From contig MU271445.1 of NCBI GenBank assembly GCA_021432655.1, positions 1 to 64,000 of the forward strand: DNA of 64,000 nucleotides, given 5' to 3'. Each line of letters starts with the position of its first letter. Positions within the stretch are counted from its first letter, which is position 1. Below are positions 1 through 11,534 of this stretch, in pieces. The notes beneath the pieces were generated by a model that did no database searches, was not told the origin of the DNA, and saw only the letters and a program-made list of their open reading frames with translations. The DNA is from Atractiella rhizophila (taxonomy: Eukaryota). A program made the translations under genes and the position numbers.

Positions 1-2176
1 CCGTCTACTCCGTCTCCTCTCGCTAGTGTGCAACCAATCACATTCGAAGCGGATGAGGGCGATAAGGATGGAAAAAAGCGAAAATGGGGCTTCCTGAAGA
101 AGATGAGTATGACCACAATGAACAAGCATCCAGAACCTCGTTCAACCCGGCCGCATCGACACAACGACGAAGGTCGAACGGCATCCGACTCATCCAGCTC
201 CCACGCTCGTTCTGCGAGAGGAAATGGTTCTTTGCTTGGTCGGCCAAGAACTGGGAATAGAAATTCACAGCTGATCGTGGAAGAAACGAAGACCTTGAAT
301 AAACGTCGAAGTTTCCTCCTCCTCCACAACAACACTAGAGCTGTCACCCCAGAGCCAGCAACTCCCGACGCTTCTTCAGATAGCAATGTGGTGGATTATA
401 AAGCTGGACTGAAAGCCATCATTGCTTATCTACAGGATCTCAATGATCTGACTCCAGCTCCTGGAGGACCAGTTCACCGCAACACTCAGGCGTCAGCCTC
501 ATCGCCAAACCTTTCCGCACTGGCCTCAGGTAATTCTTCCCAGCCTTTACTGAGGAATCCTTCTTCCCGTAGAGGTACGGATGCTATGGGCTCTTTCGAC
601 AGCTCCGGAAGGTCCACGCCAACGCCAAACGAATTACAAAAGGAACCGGTGATCAAATGCAAAGAAGATGCAGCACGTAGGGAGAAGATTCTCGAGGAAG
701 TGCTCAGTAGCGAGCGCACTTACCTTCGCCAACTGAAAGAAATGGTGGACATCTACGTAAAGGAGGCCGAAAAAGAGGTTGCAGTCAGTAGCACCGGCAA
801 GAAAGAGCCTGTGGTTCCGATCGCAGAGAGACGAACCATATTCGGCAACATCGACAACATCATTCACTTCCACGAGTCCGTCTTCTTGCCGAACCTCGAA
901 TCAGCGGTGGAGATTCTGTTTATAAAGCGTAAAGCGGGCGATACAGTCGATACAGCCTTCATTCGTTTCATGGCGGACCAGGTCGCTCGCGTCTTTACCC
1001 AACATTCTGCCTTTTTCAAGTGCGTATACCACTTCGCTCCGTTTTGTGCTCATAGTGATCACAGGCTCTATGCTCCATACATCAACAACTTTGATCTGGC
1101 GCTGTCCCGTTTAAAGGCGTGGAATGCCCCCAAGTCTCCGCCGCCACCGACATCTTCCAGCAGCTACAGCATGGCAAAATCTGTTTCGTCAATGGGTGCG
1201 GCTGTCAGCTTGGGGATGTCGGGCATCACAGAACAGAACAGCAGCATGCCGTTGTCTGAAAGTCAGAAAAAACGACTCAAGGGATACTTGAAAAAGTGCA
1301 AAGCTGATCCACGTCACACTCAAGTGTCGTTGGAGAGCTACCTTCTACTTCCCGTTCAACGCATCCCTCGGTACAAACTCCTCCTCGAGAACCTTCTGTC
1401 TTGCACTCCAGTGGACAACAAATCACTGATGCCTGACCCAGTCATCAAGGAAGCTGCTGATATCATTGCAGAGATCACTGCTGACATGAATGAGAGAAAA
1501 AGGGAGAGTGAATCACGACATCGATTAGTGAGCACGTCGCAATTCTGCTAATCTTGGTTAATGTGTTTCTTCAGCTCTTCTGGCAACAGCGTATTCGCAA
1601 TAGATTCCGCTCACCGCTCGTTCAACCGCATCGACGGATGATGAAAGAGGGCACAGTCGTACTTATGAGGGTGCTAAAACGAAGATCGCAATACGTTGAT
1701 GTTGGGCAACAGTCCTCGGCCGGAGACGTGAACTCGCACCCTGGGACCCTCCCAAGTGGCGAACGAAGCCTTATACAGGTCAACTCGTTGGAAGTGGAAA
1801 CTGAAACTAGACGTCTGGTATGGCCATGGAACCTATTGTGACTTATCTCACCTTGGGGATAGATTGCCCTCTTGTGCAGTGACATTCTTGTTCTGTGCAA
1901 AGAGCCAGAAGATGGAATGGATGGCACTGGTCCCGTCGATCTCTACACCGTCATTCGTCTCAGTCCCACTCCGGGGGTTAAGTCAGTTCCAGCTAGCATG
2001 TTTGGCCCAGCTGGTTCCAGTATGAATCTCATGCCATCTACCGTATCGCGCAAGCTAACTCTGGTCTCACAGTGATCCGCTTGGTGGATAGCCGAGCGAT
2101 TTTGTACCTCAGCTGTCCTTCCCATGCCGAAGCTCTCACATGGGTCGAGTCGATCAATCTTCAGATGCAATCGTAA
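1..2176 (+). CDS. Rho guanine-nucleotide exchange factor (DH-PH), 5'-truncated by the window edge
   Basis: DH motifs REKILEEVLSSERTYLRQL and LESYLLLPVQRIPRYKLLLENLL, followed by PH-like exons (LCSDILVLCKEP...EALTWVESINLQ). Introns read at 1020-1064, 1528-1574, 1818-1862 and 2020-2072; stop TAA at 2174-2176. Confidence 0.9.
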
Positions 2177-2946
2177 TTTAGAACTCCCAATCTCCCATTT
2201 CTTTCAACTTTCAGTAAAGCATCTAGTTGTTTCAGATCCAAAGCAGCTCTAACGGCCTGTTCAATTCACACATCAGCAGATATCCTTTTGTATCAACAGC
2301 TTAAAACATCCGATCTTCAAAATTCTTGATTATTTGAGAAAAAACATAGATGATATACTCTTTGGTTATTCACCTTCGGTTTTCAGACTATAGTACCAGT
2401 ATATCCATCCCTGTTCTTGTTTACTCTGTGTTGCGCTACACTCTTTCCTCCCATTTTAGTTTCTGTGGGCTCAGTTGAAACCATATAGTATTGGTCCTGA
2501 AGTTGTCCACATATATATTCATTCCGTCTTACACTTTCTTATTTCAAGATTGATACTTACTTTCCTTTTTGTTGTTCGATTTAGCTGTATTCCTCCAAAA
2601 GAGGATTAACCTTCCCTTGACTCTCTCTCCTCTCTTGAGTACGCTGTTGACTCGCAACCCCAGTCGTCCTTCACTTCTTCCATCCACTCTCCCAGCTTCA
2701 GTCCATCATTTATTCGATTCTTTTTCAGGTGATGTAGTTGTCTCTCTTTCGGGTGCATGAGATGCAATCAAATCAAGTTCAAAAGTCGAGCTTCGAGCTT
2801 GGAGAGGAAGAACTGGAGCGAGTGGAGTAGAGATCGTAGTCATACATTAACATCAGGCTAAGTCGAAACAAAATGTGACGAAAAGACAAGGTGATTTGTT
2901 ATTCCCAAATATGTGGTCAGTTTCTGACAACATAACCATCCTGCCT

Positions 2947-3677
2947 CTAGCAACAGGAGGCTCCAACCTCTTGGACTTCTACTTGGCCTGTGAGAGTGTC
3001 TCTGGCGAATGTAAGATAGCCAAATCCAGCGCCTTAGTGCAAATGTCAACTTGGAGTACGGTAAAGAGAAAAATGGACGAACCGAAGAATATTGCGAAGA
3101 GGATGATGACGTTAAAGTACATCCCCAAAAGCATGAGAAGGAACGCAACCGTGAATTGGGCCGTGAACAAGAATGCACGGATTGAGTGCTCGAAAAGAGT
3201 TGGCTCGAATTTGATCACTGATGGGAGATTGCTGTCCCTTGTTGCGTTGAAAAGCTCAGTCCTCATGCCACCACAGAAGGAGAAGGCTAAAGCTCACCGC
3301 TTGTTGAGGGAAGTGACGGAAGATGAATCCTTCACGATGGCTGCTGTGGCGTTCTTCTTCTTTCGAACGATGTAACGGTCGAATTCCCTCATCGATCGCC
3401 GAACGCCTTCCACGAGGAATGCCATGAGGAAGATACCTATGAAGGTAAAGGCGAATGCAGCTGTGATCTGTCAGCATGAGATGTCTGCTTGAATGCGCTG
3501 CGCACTTTTGGAGCGAATATGCCAATCTCGCGAGAGGAAGCAGGCGTCCTCGACGTACCAGTTGAACAGCATGCTAATCTGTTATCGTCACAGTCAATGA
3601 GTAATTGACGCTGTAAATACAGTTGTGGGAAGACTCACTTTGCAGGCATGGCCGCTTCCGTCACCACCCATATCCAT
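2947..3677 (-). CDS. Ctr-family copper transporter
   Basis: Spliced translation MDMGGDGSGHACK|ISMLFNWYVEDACFLSRDWHIRSK|...QFTVAFLLMLLGMYFNVIILFAIFFG|AGFGYLTFARD...GASCC*. It has the Ctr MxxxM and GxxxG motifs and a C-terminal CC; 4 introns. Confidence 0.9.
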
Positions 3678-4190
3678 TTTGCTACGTGAGAATTGAGAAG
3701 TGAGAATTGAGAACTGCAGGAGAGGCTGGAGAAACTGTCAGGAGCTTCTGGAGATTGTGCATGCAAGAGGGCCTCTTTTATGGCCAAGTCGAGAAGGTTC
3801 GACGCTCCCGGATCAAGTCAGAACATTGATGTTCCCATCGTTGTTCCGAAACGGAGCTAGCTGATGAGCAAACAATGAATGGAAGGAACGATCAATGAGT
3901 AATTGACGCTGTAAATACAGTTGTGGGAAGACTCACTTTGCAGGCATGGCCGCTTCCGTCACCACCCATATCCATTTTGCTACGTGAGAATTTGAGAACT
4001 GAGAATTGAGAACTGCAGGAGAGGCTGGAGAAACTGTCAGGAGCTTCTGGAGATTGCGCATGCAAGAGGGCCTCTTTTATGGCCAAGTCGAGAAGGTTGG
4101 ACGCTCCCGGATCAAGTCAGAACATCGATGTTCCCATCGTTGTTCCGAAACGGAGCTAAGCTGATGAGCAAACACTGAATGGAAGGAACG
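3594..4190. repeat. Tandem duplication of two near-identical ~298-bp units covering the Ctr promoter, 5'UTR and first exon
   Basis: Unit 1 is 3594-3891 and unit 2 is 3892-4190. Both begin TCAATGAGTAATTGACGCTG and end GAATGGAAGGAACG. Confidence 0.95.
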
Positions 4191-4279
4191 GAGGAGCATA
4201 GTCCTCCCTGCTCCCGTTGAGAGAGGCAAGCAAGTTGTAAAATATCCAGTCTATCATTCGAAATTAGAGCAAGAGCAAA
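3865..4279 (-). promoter_or_regulatory. CuRE-like copper-response motifs upstream of the Ctr gene
   Basis: TTTGCTCA on the minus strand at 3865-3872 and 4165-4172, and TTTGCTC at 4273-4279. The two TTTGCTCA sites match the S. cerevisiae Mac1 CuRE TTTGC(T/G)C(A/G); the third matches only the 7-bp core. Confidence 0.5.
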
Positions 4280-4594
4280 AATGTCTCTCATCTCAAAGAA
4301 ACAAGAGGCCTTTGTGCTATTGGAATATCCAATGAGAACTGCACCGCCATCGTGGTGAACATCTCCTCTTATCAATGGGTACATATCATATGACGGGCAA
4401 TTTATCGGCAACTCTGCTTGGCTAGAGCAGCAACCCCGTCACGATCCGTTGTGCGCGATTCGATCTCATCTCATCAGCCATAACTTCTTTCGTTGTTAGA
4501 CTTGTCCATTCCGTCCTTAACCCAGATGAAGGAAGGGAGAAAGAAACTGCACACACTAATTGGATGTGCAACTAGGGTACATCCTATGGCGTAT

Positions 4595-4820
4595 TCTATC
4601 GCTGCGGATTGAGCTGAGGCGAAGGCAAAAATCGCGCAGAGGGTCTTCTGCATCCACCCACTGCACGCATACGGTGCATATTCCAACATTGGCTAGAAGC
4701 CTAACCGTCAAAAAGGGAAGGCATACATCAACGCCACATGCAACAGAGAAAATGCCAACCCTCTTTGTCCCCCCCCTTTTGTTCAAGGGCACGATGGTCG
4801 TGATGGTAGACTAAGTGAAC
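4595..4820 (-). ncRNA. Candidate structured non-coding RNA, family unassigned
   Basis: Intergenic. Several nested stems whose G-U pairs form only on the minus strand, plus an Sm-like CGAUUUUUG at 4626-4634. I recognise no U1/U2/U4/U5/U6, RNase P/MRP or SRP signature. Confidence 0.3.
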
Positions 4821-4968
4821 GCTTGGAGGTATAAATATTTAGAGACTATGCGAGTACCGATACAGACACATAAGCTTTATCCTCTTCTATATCAATGTTT
4901 ATTCGAGCTGGAGGAAATATTGGACCTACCACTTCAATCACTTCACTAAGAGGTAGCAATGGGCTCGT

Positions 4969-6366
4969 CTAAAGGAAATAATCCAGTGGCACCGCTTTCG
5001 CCGGTATCTTTCTTGCATCCTAGGACCCCCAAAATATCGTCAGTGAGTCCAATGAGAGGAGATTTAGGGAATGAAGAAGTGGAAACGAACGAGAGGAGCT
5101 GCATCAAAGGTCTTGAAGGTTTTTTCGAGGGAATCATCAAACGAGAGAATGGAGGCGACATTCCCACACCTTGCTATCCTTTGTCAGTCATTCATTATTC
5201 TGAAGATGAAACAGCCTACCGATAGCAATAGTTAGGCGCCGACCATACTGTTACAAGGCGACGATCAAACTGCATCTTATAGCCTTCCATCACCTGTAAT
5301 CGTCGTCAGGATATGAAAGCATCTGAAGAAAGAGAAGTGGGAAGAGGAGAGAGCGGCTGACAAGCTGGTGCGCTCGAGCAATAAGTTCTAGATTGTTGTC
5401 ATGCACGAACTTGTGGCACACATCCGCTCCAAACACATATCCCGCTCCACGCGGAGAGATGCTCCATCCTTTGATATCTGCTCCAGCACGAGTATCACCA
5501 TCGGAGAAAGAAGTGCGAGGGAGAAGATACCTTCTGGGTCTGACCATAGGAGATCACACATTGAGCCGTCGTGTGGAACCTCTTGTTTGCGATCAATGAG
5601 GACGATCTATAATCAGTCAGTCACCATTAGCACATGAATTCAATCAAGAAAGAGAAGAGCACACTTGATCCACGCTCTGCACGCTCGGGCTCAATCCACC
5701 ATGGACACATAGCACCTCCTCCTGAATCAAAGCCGCAAGTGGTAGGTAATCGAAGACTTCACAGCAGTACCTCCAGACGCTACTGCTGCCGTATTTTCGA
5801 ACACATTCGTCGTAGAACCCATAGACTTGCGTTATTTGCCGCGATTCGTGGTTTCCTCTGATGAGTGTCATCCGGTCGGGATAGCGCACTTTGAGGAGAA
5901 GGAGGAGGAGGAAGGTCTCGACACTGTAGTGACCGCGGTCGACAAAATCACCTGAAGTATATACACATGTGAGCGATGTGAATAGAGGGAAGATAAAGTG
6001 AAGATTGACGGACCCATGAATAAGTAATTGGTATCTGGACACATCCCTCCTGTCCGGAAGAGCTCCATTAAATCCTGAAACTGTCCATGTATATCGCCGC
6101 AAATCTATTCGTTCCCTTTCATAAGCATTCAGACCAGAGGCGCTTGTACCGGAGAAGGGACACGAACGGTGATTGGAGCCTGGACGCGCTCGACATTGCC
6201 TTCTTCGATCAAAATCTCCCTCGCCTTCAGACACAACTCTTTCACCTCCGTCTCCGATATTGGTTCGCAACGCTTCAGCTGTTCTATCTGCCTGTACACC
6301 CGCCTCTCTTCAGAGGCTAGAGTCTCACAAGGACAAAGAAACTCACCTGTCAATGTCGGAAGACAT
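4969..6366 (-). CDS. PPH3: Serine/threonine protein phosphatase 4 catalytic subunit
   Basis: PPP motifs GDIHG, GDFVDRG, RGNHE and SAPNY. PP4-type segments [16 protein letters not shown] and [11 protein letters not shown]. The last exon [16 protein letters not shown] ends at TAG 4969-4971. Confidence 0.92.
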
Positions 6367-6390
6367 GGTCGCCGTTTTAAGAGGTGGAAC

Positions 6391-6400
6391 ATCACGTGAT
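6391..6400. promoter_or_regulatory. Palindromic E-box ATCACGTGAT in a ~116-bp divergent promoter
   Basis: Lies between the PPH3 ATG (6366, minus) and the zf-HIT ATG (6483, plus). TCACGTGA recurs at 19396-19403 just before SIF2. Confidence 0.45.
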
Positions 6401-6482
6401 ACGAAGAACGCGAAAATCGCCACATTCTTCAATTGTTTGTCACGTCCGTCGATGCTAACTTGAGCGCGGTTACAACGCAAGG

Positions 6483-7674
6483 ATGGATGCACGAAAGGGC
6501 CCCCAGACGTCACTTCTATCACTTCCCCTGCGCCAACGAACGGCTATCTCTAGCCTGCGGACCACATCAGTTTCTTCCCCTCAACCACTCGGTTCTTCTT
6601 CCTCTGCCACCTCAACATGCCTTCTGTATGTCATCTTTCTGATTGGTTTTTATATTCTCCCTGGTGTGCCCAGATGCTGACTACAAATAACGCTAAAAGG
6701 TGTGCGAAGAACGAGTCCCGATATATCTGCCCAAACTGCAACGTCCCCTACTGCTCTCTCGCTTGTTTCAAGGGAGAGAAACATCTCAAGTGCTCAGAGA
6801 ATTTCTATCGAGATTCAATAGCGCGGGAAATTGAGAACGATGGCAAAAGGACGAAAGAGGAGAAGGTGGCGATGATGAATATCTTGAAGAAATTCGAGGA
6901 CGCTTCAATGACGGATTCGGGATCAGAAGGCGATGGAGAAGAGCGAGAGGTGGAAATAGGGGAGAAGACTGAGGAGGAGCTCCTAGGAATGCTTTCGAAG
7001 GAGGAGAGGGAGAGGTGGGAGCGAATGCTATCAGGAGACTCAGCCGGAGAGGAGGAGTTGCAGAAGCTTCTGGAGGAGGAGAAGGAGGAATTGGAGCCTT
7101 GGTGGGTTGACGATAAAGAAGGGAAGCGTCCAACTCTTTCGCCTGAAGGAATGGATGCGATTTTGGAACGCGAGGCTCCTCATTTAACATACAATATCCT
7201 CTACGTATTGTACTTTTTCCTTGTTACCACGTCGAAGCATTTTACTGACCGACTTGGGTGCACAGATTGTGTTATGTTTATATCCACCGCTCGTCTCCCT
7301 CCCCCTCCCTCCGCCTACTGCGCCCACTCGCTCCCTTCCTCTTCTCCTCCACCGACCGCACCCTCCACGGCTCTCTAAAATTCGCCATCTCCTCCTTCCG
7401 CTCCATAGCGCAAATCACCGAAGATCAGCTGCTCCATCTCCTCCTCACCGACCTCTACCGATTACTCGAGCAAAAGGAACGCGCACGCAGAGGATTGGGC
7501 GAGATATGGAGCTGGATGATAGCTGAGAAAAGGGAGAGGGAGAGAAAGAAAGTCGAGTTTTTCCTTGGTGTTTTAGATGGTTGGAAGCAGCAGAAGTGGC
7601 TGGAGGTGAGAACGGAACTAGAGGAGGAATTGGAGTTGGGGAAAAAAGGAACGAAGATTGAAGTCCTTGATTGA
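6483..7674 (+). CDS. HIT-type zinc finger protein (ZNHIT2-like)
   Basis: Spliced CLL|CAKNESRYICPNCNVPYCSLACFKGEKHLKCSENFYRD is a zf-HIT followed by the ZNHIT2-like C-x-E-x-FY segment. Two introns; stop TGA at 7672-7674. Confidence 0.8.
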
Positions 7675-7811
7675 TCAAGTTGCTTTTTGGCTGACAGAAT
7701 GATACGCATTGTAATTTATTTCCCAAGATGTTGTCTAACAGTACAAGACTTAATCCATCAGGTTTCACATGGTCAAATGCTCAACTTCGATTCAACCGCC
7801 CAACGCAGCGC

Positions 7812-9835
7812 TCAATGCTCACACATATTGAAACCCACATTAAAAACCAACTCATCGTTCTTGTGCACAAAGTCGCTACGCTCATCCATCAACTCCAGCC
7901 TCCACTTATATGCCTCCTCTTTCGAAGCCTTTCGTTGTCCTCCAACCTCCTTCAACTCTTCCGGGGTATACCAATCTGCTTGCTGGGGTGGGACGATGGA
8001 GGTATCAGGGACTTTATCTTTAGTAGGATCGACGAGGAAGAAGACCAATATTTTGCGATATCCAGGTTTGGTCGAGTCGACGAGAGAGAAAGAAGAGACA
8101 CAGTGTTGATTGTAGTTAGGGAAGGCGATGCATCTCCCCTGTTTAGTGACCACACTTCCCAGGGGTTGGTTTAGCGGTCCATCACTGTACACAGTTTGAG
8201 GGAGGTAAGGAGGGAAGACAGGAGAAAGACAGACCCTCGCAAGGCGTACTCGGCCATCACTGCTGCCGTGTCGCTCTGTGGATAATCTTCAGGCTTTTCA
8301 GTTCGCTAATTAGCACTGACACAAGCTTATAGAATACGGAAGGAAAGAACGAACCTCATCCACCGCCCGTCTAAAGCTCAACTTGCTCTCCGTAATGTTC
8401 TCTTCTTCGTAATAATAGATACCAGTCGAGACGATGGCCTCGTTCCTCATACCCTCTACGTGCCACTTTCCCCCATCATATGTCGGCTTTTCCGGCGTGA
8501 GGAGGATGTTCGCAAGCTTGACAATGACTTTGAGCGTGATCCCGCGAAGCGATACAGTTGGAAAGTTGGCAAACTGCCGTGCGTGAACGCCATCTGAAGG
8601 ATATTCACCCACATCGGAGACCTCCGCCTGAGCAGCTTTCTTGACATATTTGAGGTCCCAATGGCGGAGACCGTACTCTACTTGTTCTTCCTTCGAAATA
8701 ATGCGAGCGGCCGAACCGCCGAGGCTTTTGCGAGCTGGAGCTGCAGGAGGTGGCGCTGACGCTTCTTCCCCACCATCTTCACCTTCTTTCTCCTCCTCCG
8801 CAGAATCATCGTGGTTATCATCGTTATCTTTTTCGTCTTCTTCGCCTTCTTCGTCTTCTTCGTCTTCTTCGTCCGACCGAGTCTCGCTACACCCATCCGC
8901 CACCCGCTTGATCACGGCCTCCTCTAAGTCCGATAAGACTCTTTCAAACATAGGTATGAAACGAGGGAAGATGTCCTCGAGCACTTTATAGACTTCAGAA
9001 TACTTCTTCGGGTCCAGATTATTGATGTAGCTTGATATCTTGCACGACTTCCCATCTTCAGAAATTTCGAAAGGAGTCGGAAGCCAACTGAAGGAATCGG
9101 AGACATAGTAGTGCCTTGTCCAGTTGTGGGTGTCCCAGGAGATCGACCCCATTGAGCACCAGGGGAAGGTAAGCTCCTGAATGTTCCACCAGTTCCTATC
9201 TTCAACCGCCATGGACCGCGGATAGGCACGGGTATGTTTATATACGATAGGGTAAAGTGACGGATGGACAAGATTTAGGACTTGATTGTCCGAACGCGGA
9301 TGCCAATCCTTCTCAGATTCTGGAAGATCTTCGAGTGGGCGAAGGGAGGAGATGAGGGCGGAGCGCGTGGCGGAAGGTATCAACAAATCGCTCTGCCAGA
9401 TCCCGTCGATACAGGAAACCTCAATGCCATCTTCGGCTCGAAGTCTGTCGTACTCCTACGGAAACAGATGAGACAACTTACAAATCAAAGAAAAGAACGA
9501 ACCTCCAATTCCTTTAGCACCCAGTCGACGGCTGCAGCGCTTAGCTTTCGCTTGATGTAGGCTACAGGTATCTCTTGTTCTAAGGCTTCCTCTTTCCACT
9601 TCTCGCGGATCGTCTCGTCCTTGTATTTCTGTGTCACAAGGGTTTCAGTCTGGAACCGTTCTTGTGAGAGAAGTCTTACCTCCCACCATTGCGGTTTGGA
9701 GCGAATTGAAGCAGACAAGAAACACATCCTCAGCTCAGTGGTCGAAAAGAGTGAGTTAGATCCCCCAGTGAAGGGGTTTGGATATTCCTTCGGCGCATTT
9801 GGGCCGCTTGGGTCTTCATCCGAGTAGTCTGACAT
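7812..9835 (-). CDS. DUF4246-family protein (putative 2OG-Fe(II) oxygenase-like)
   Basis: Motifs DWHPRSDNQVLNLVHPSLYP, VIVKLANILLTPEKPTYDGGKWHVEGMRNEAIVSTGIYYY, GRCIAFPNYNQHCV, PGYRKILVFFLVDP and C-terminal FNMCEH*. Multi-exon. Confidence 0.88.
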
Positions 9836-10489
9836 CGCAATCAATGAGGTGCTGATTCTGGGATCTTCTCCCTTTTAAGGACACACAAAGAGAAGGATGA
9901 GTCCTATGACTGCTGTTGAGCGGACGTTCGGCTGAAGGAGCATGTTGCACTACTATGCGCGTGGACTTACTGCTGTATAGTTCAATATTGAAACAAATCA
10001 GAGCAGACGTTGCGCAGAAGACGCGAAATAAGTCTTGATTGCTGTTTGAACTGTGGAGTTGACAATTTGTCGACTATGAACTGGATCAATCAACACAATT
10101 TTAAGGTAATGTTAATGTTAAAGAGCTAAATACCTAGTTTTTATGGACCCCTCCAACCTATCGATGGGAAGGGACAAGCGATCTTGGAAGTAAACTTGAA
10201 GTGATGAAGTTGGAAGGGAGAACTACCAAGTCCGGAAATTTGGTGGGCGGAGAGGGACAAACTGCCCTGGTGTAACTCTTGTGCTGTCAATATCAATTAA
10301 GTCTTACTGCTCAGCAAGGAGTTTTGAGTGTTTTGACATTCGATTTATTTCCTTGCCTAGTATGTATGGTGAACGTTGCAACTGCCGATTCGGCGAACTG
10401 CCATGCCATCTGATGGATGCGATTGTGTTTCGTGTTGTCTAAAACCTGCAATTACAAATACTGCAGCGTGAATGATCAATCAATCAATC

Positions 10490-11534
10490 AAATCGTTGTA
10501 TATGTGGAAAGGCTGGTTAAAACGATCGAATCGTGCCTCTGCCTGACTTCACTTCTTTCATCCATCAACTTCAACCTCTACTGCTCCTTCGAAACCTGTC
10601 TTTGTCTATCAACCTCCTTCAACTCTTCCGGAGTATACTTATACTAATCCTCCTGCTGAGTAGGAATGATGGATGTATCAGGACTTCGGTCGCTGTAGGA
10701 TCGACAAGGAAGAAGACCAAATGTTATATAGTCGAAAATGGGAAAGGCGATACATCTTCCCTCTTTGGTCATCACGCTTCTGAGAGGCTGTTTGAGTCGG
10801 CCATCCCTGTGACTGGAGTGTAAGGAGGAGGACGGAGGAGAAGGGGGTGCGAATTTTCTCAAAGCTAAATCGCAAACTCGTCGGCTGCGCGTCTGAAGCT
10901 CAGGTTACTCTCAGTGGTGTTCTCGTCGGCATTATAATAAATACACGTCGTGAAGACTTTCCAATGGACACAGGGAGGGGATGAGCGCGGAGCGTGCGTC
11001 GCGAGGAGTCAATGAATCGCTTTGCTAGATCGCGTCGATGGCGGGAACCTCAATACTTTCTTGAAGTCTGTCGTACTCGCGGAAAAAGTTTAGAGAGGTT
11101 ACGAATGAAAGAAAAGTGTGTGCCTCTAATTCCTTTAGCCCCAGTCGACGGCTGCAGCGCTTAATTCCCGCATGACGCAGGCTATGGGTACTCCTATACC
11201 AAGGCTTCCGCTTTCCACTTCTCGCGGATCTTCTCGTCTTTGCATTTCTGCGTCACAAGATCTCAGTCTGAGCCCCATATAAGAGAGATAGGATTGTCGT
11301 TCTACCGCTGAAATGAGGATGTGTTCCCTGTCCGCTTTAATACGCTCTAAATCGCGATTCGTTGAAAAGAGTGATTTATCCGCGCTAGGGAAGGGGTTTT
11401 GATATTACGTTGTCCATCTCGATCCTCAGATCTCAGACGGGGCCTCTGACATTCTATGTGCGTCTGCAAACGCCAACTCTGAGTCTGACATGGCATCTCA
11501 GCGCTCTGGGTCTTCATCCGACTTGTCGTGACAT
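10490..11534 (-). pseudogene. Decayed tandem paralog of the DUF4246 gene
   Basis: Collinear nucleotide similarity to 7860-9835 (e.g. CCAGTCGACGGCTGCAGCGCTTA; TKEGRCIAFPIF). Has frameshifts and a large central deletion near 10950 that removes the WHVEG region. Confidence 0.85.

Noticed and set aside
1020..1064. The RhoGEF ORF reads through 'CVYHFAPFCAHSDHR'
   Set aside because: This is a 45-nt in-frame GT-AG intron; removing it restores FFKLYAPY. There is no evidence of regulated retention.
3843..3872. GAAAC near CTGATGAG resembling a hammerhead ribozyme core (similar cases at 4450-4477 and 16008-16040)
   Set aside because: Spacing and stems I/III cannot form the required three-way junction in any of the cases.
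4474..4814. Short overlapping ORFs of 71-84 aa
   Set aside because: They use non-ATG starts, have no recognisable domain and show no coherent exon structure.
4899..4992. Second YFL cassette (VQYFLQLE*) downstream of the PP4 stop, as a possible non-methylatable splice isoform
   Set aside because: It needs a poor GTGCCA donor and has no clear branch point. The canonical DYFL* end is intact, so it is likely chance unless RNA-seq shows a 4993>4925 junction.
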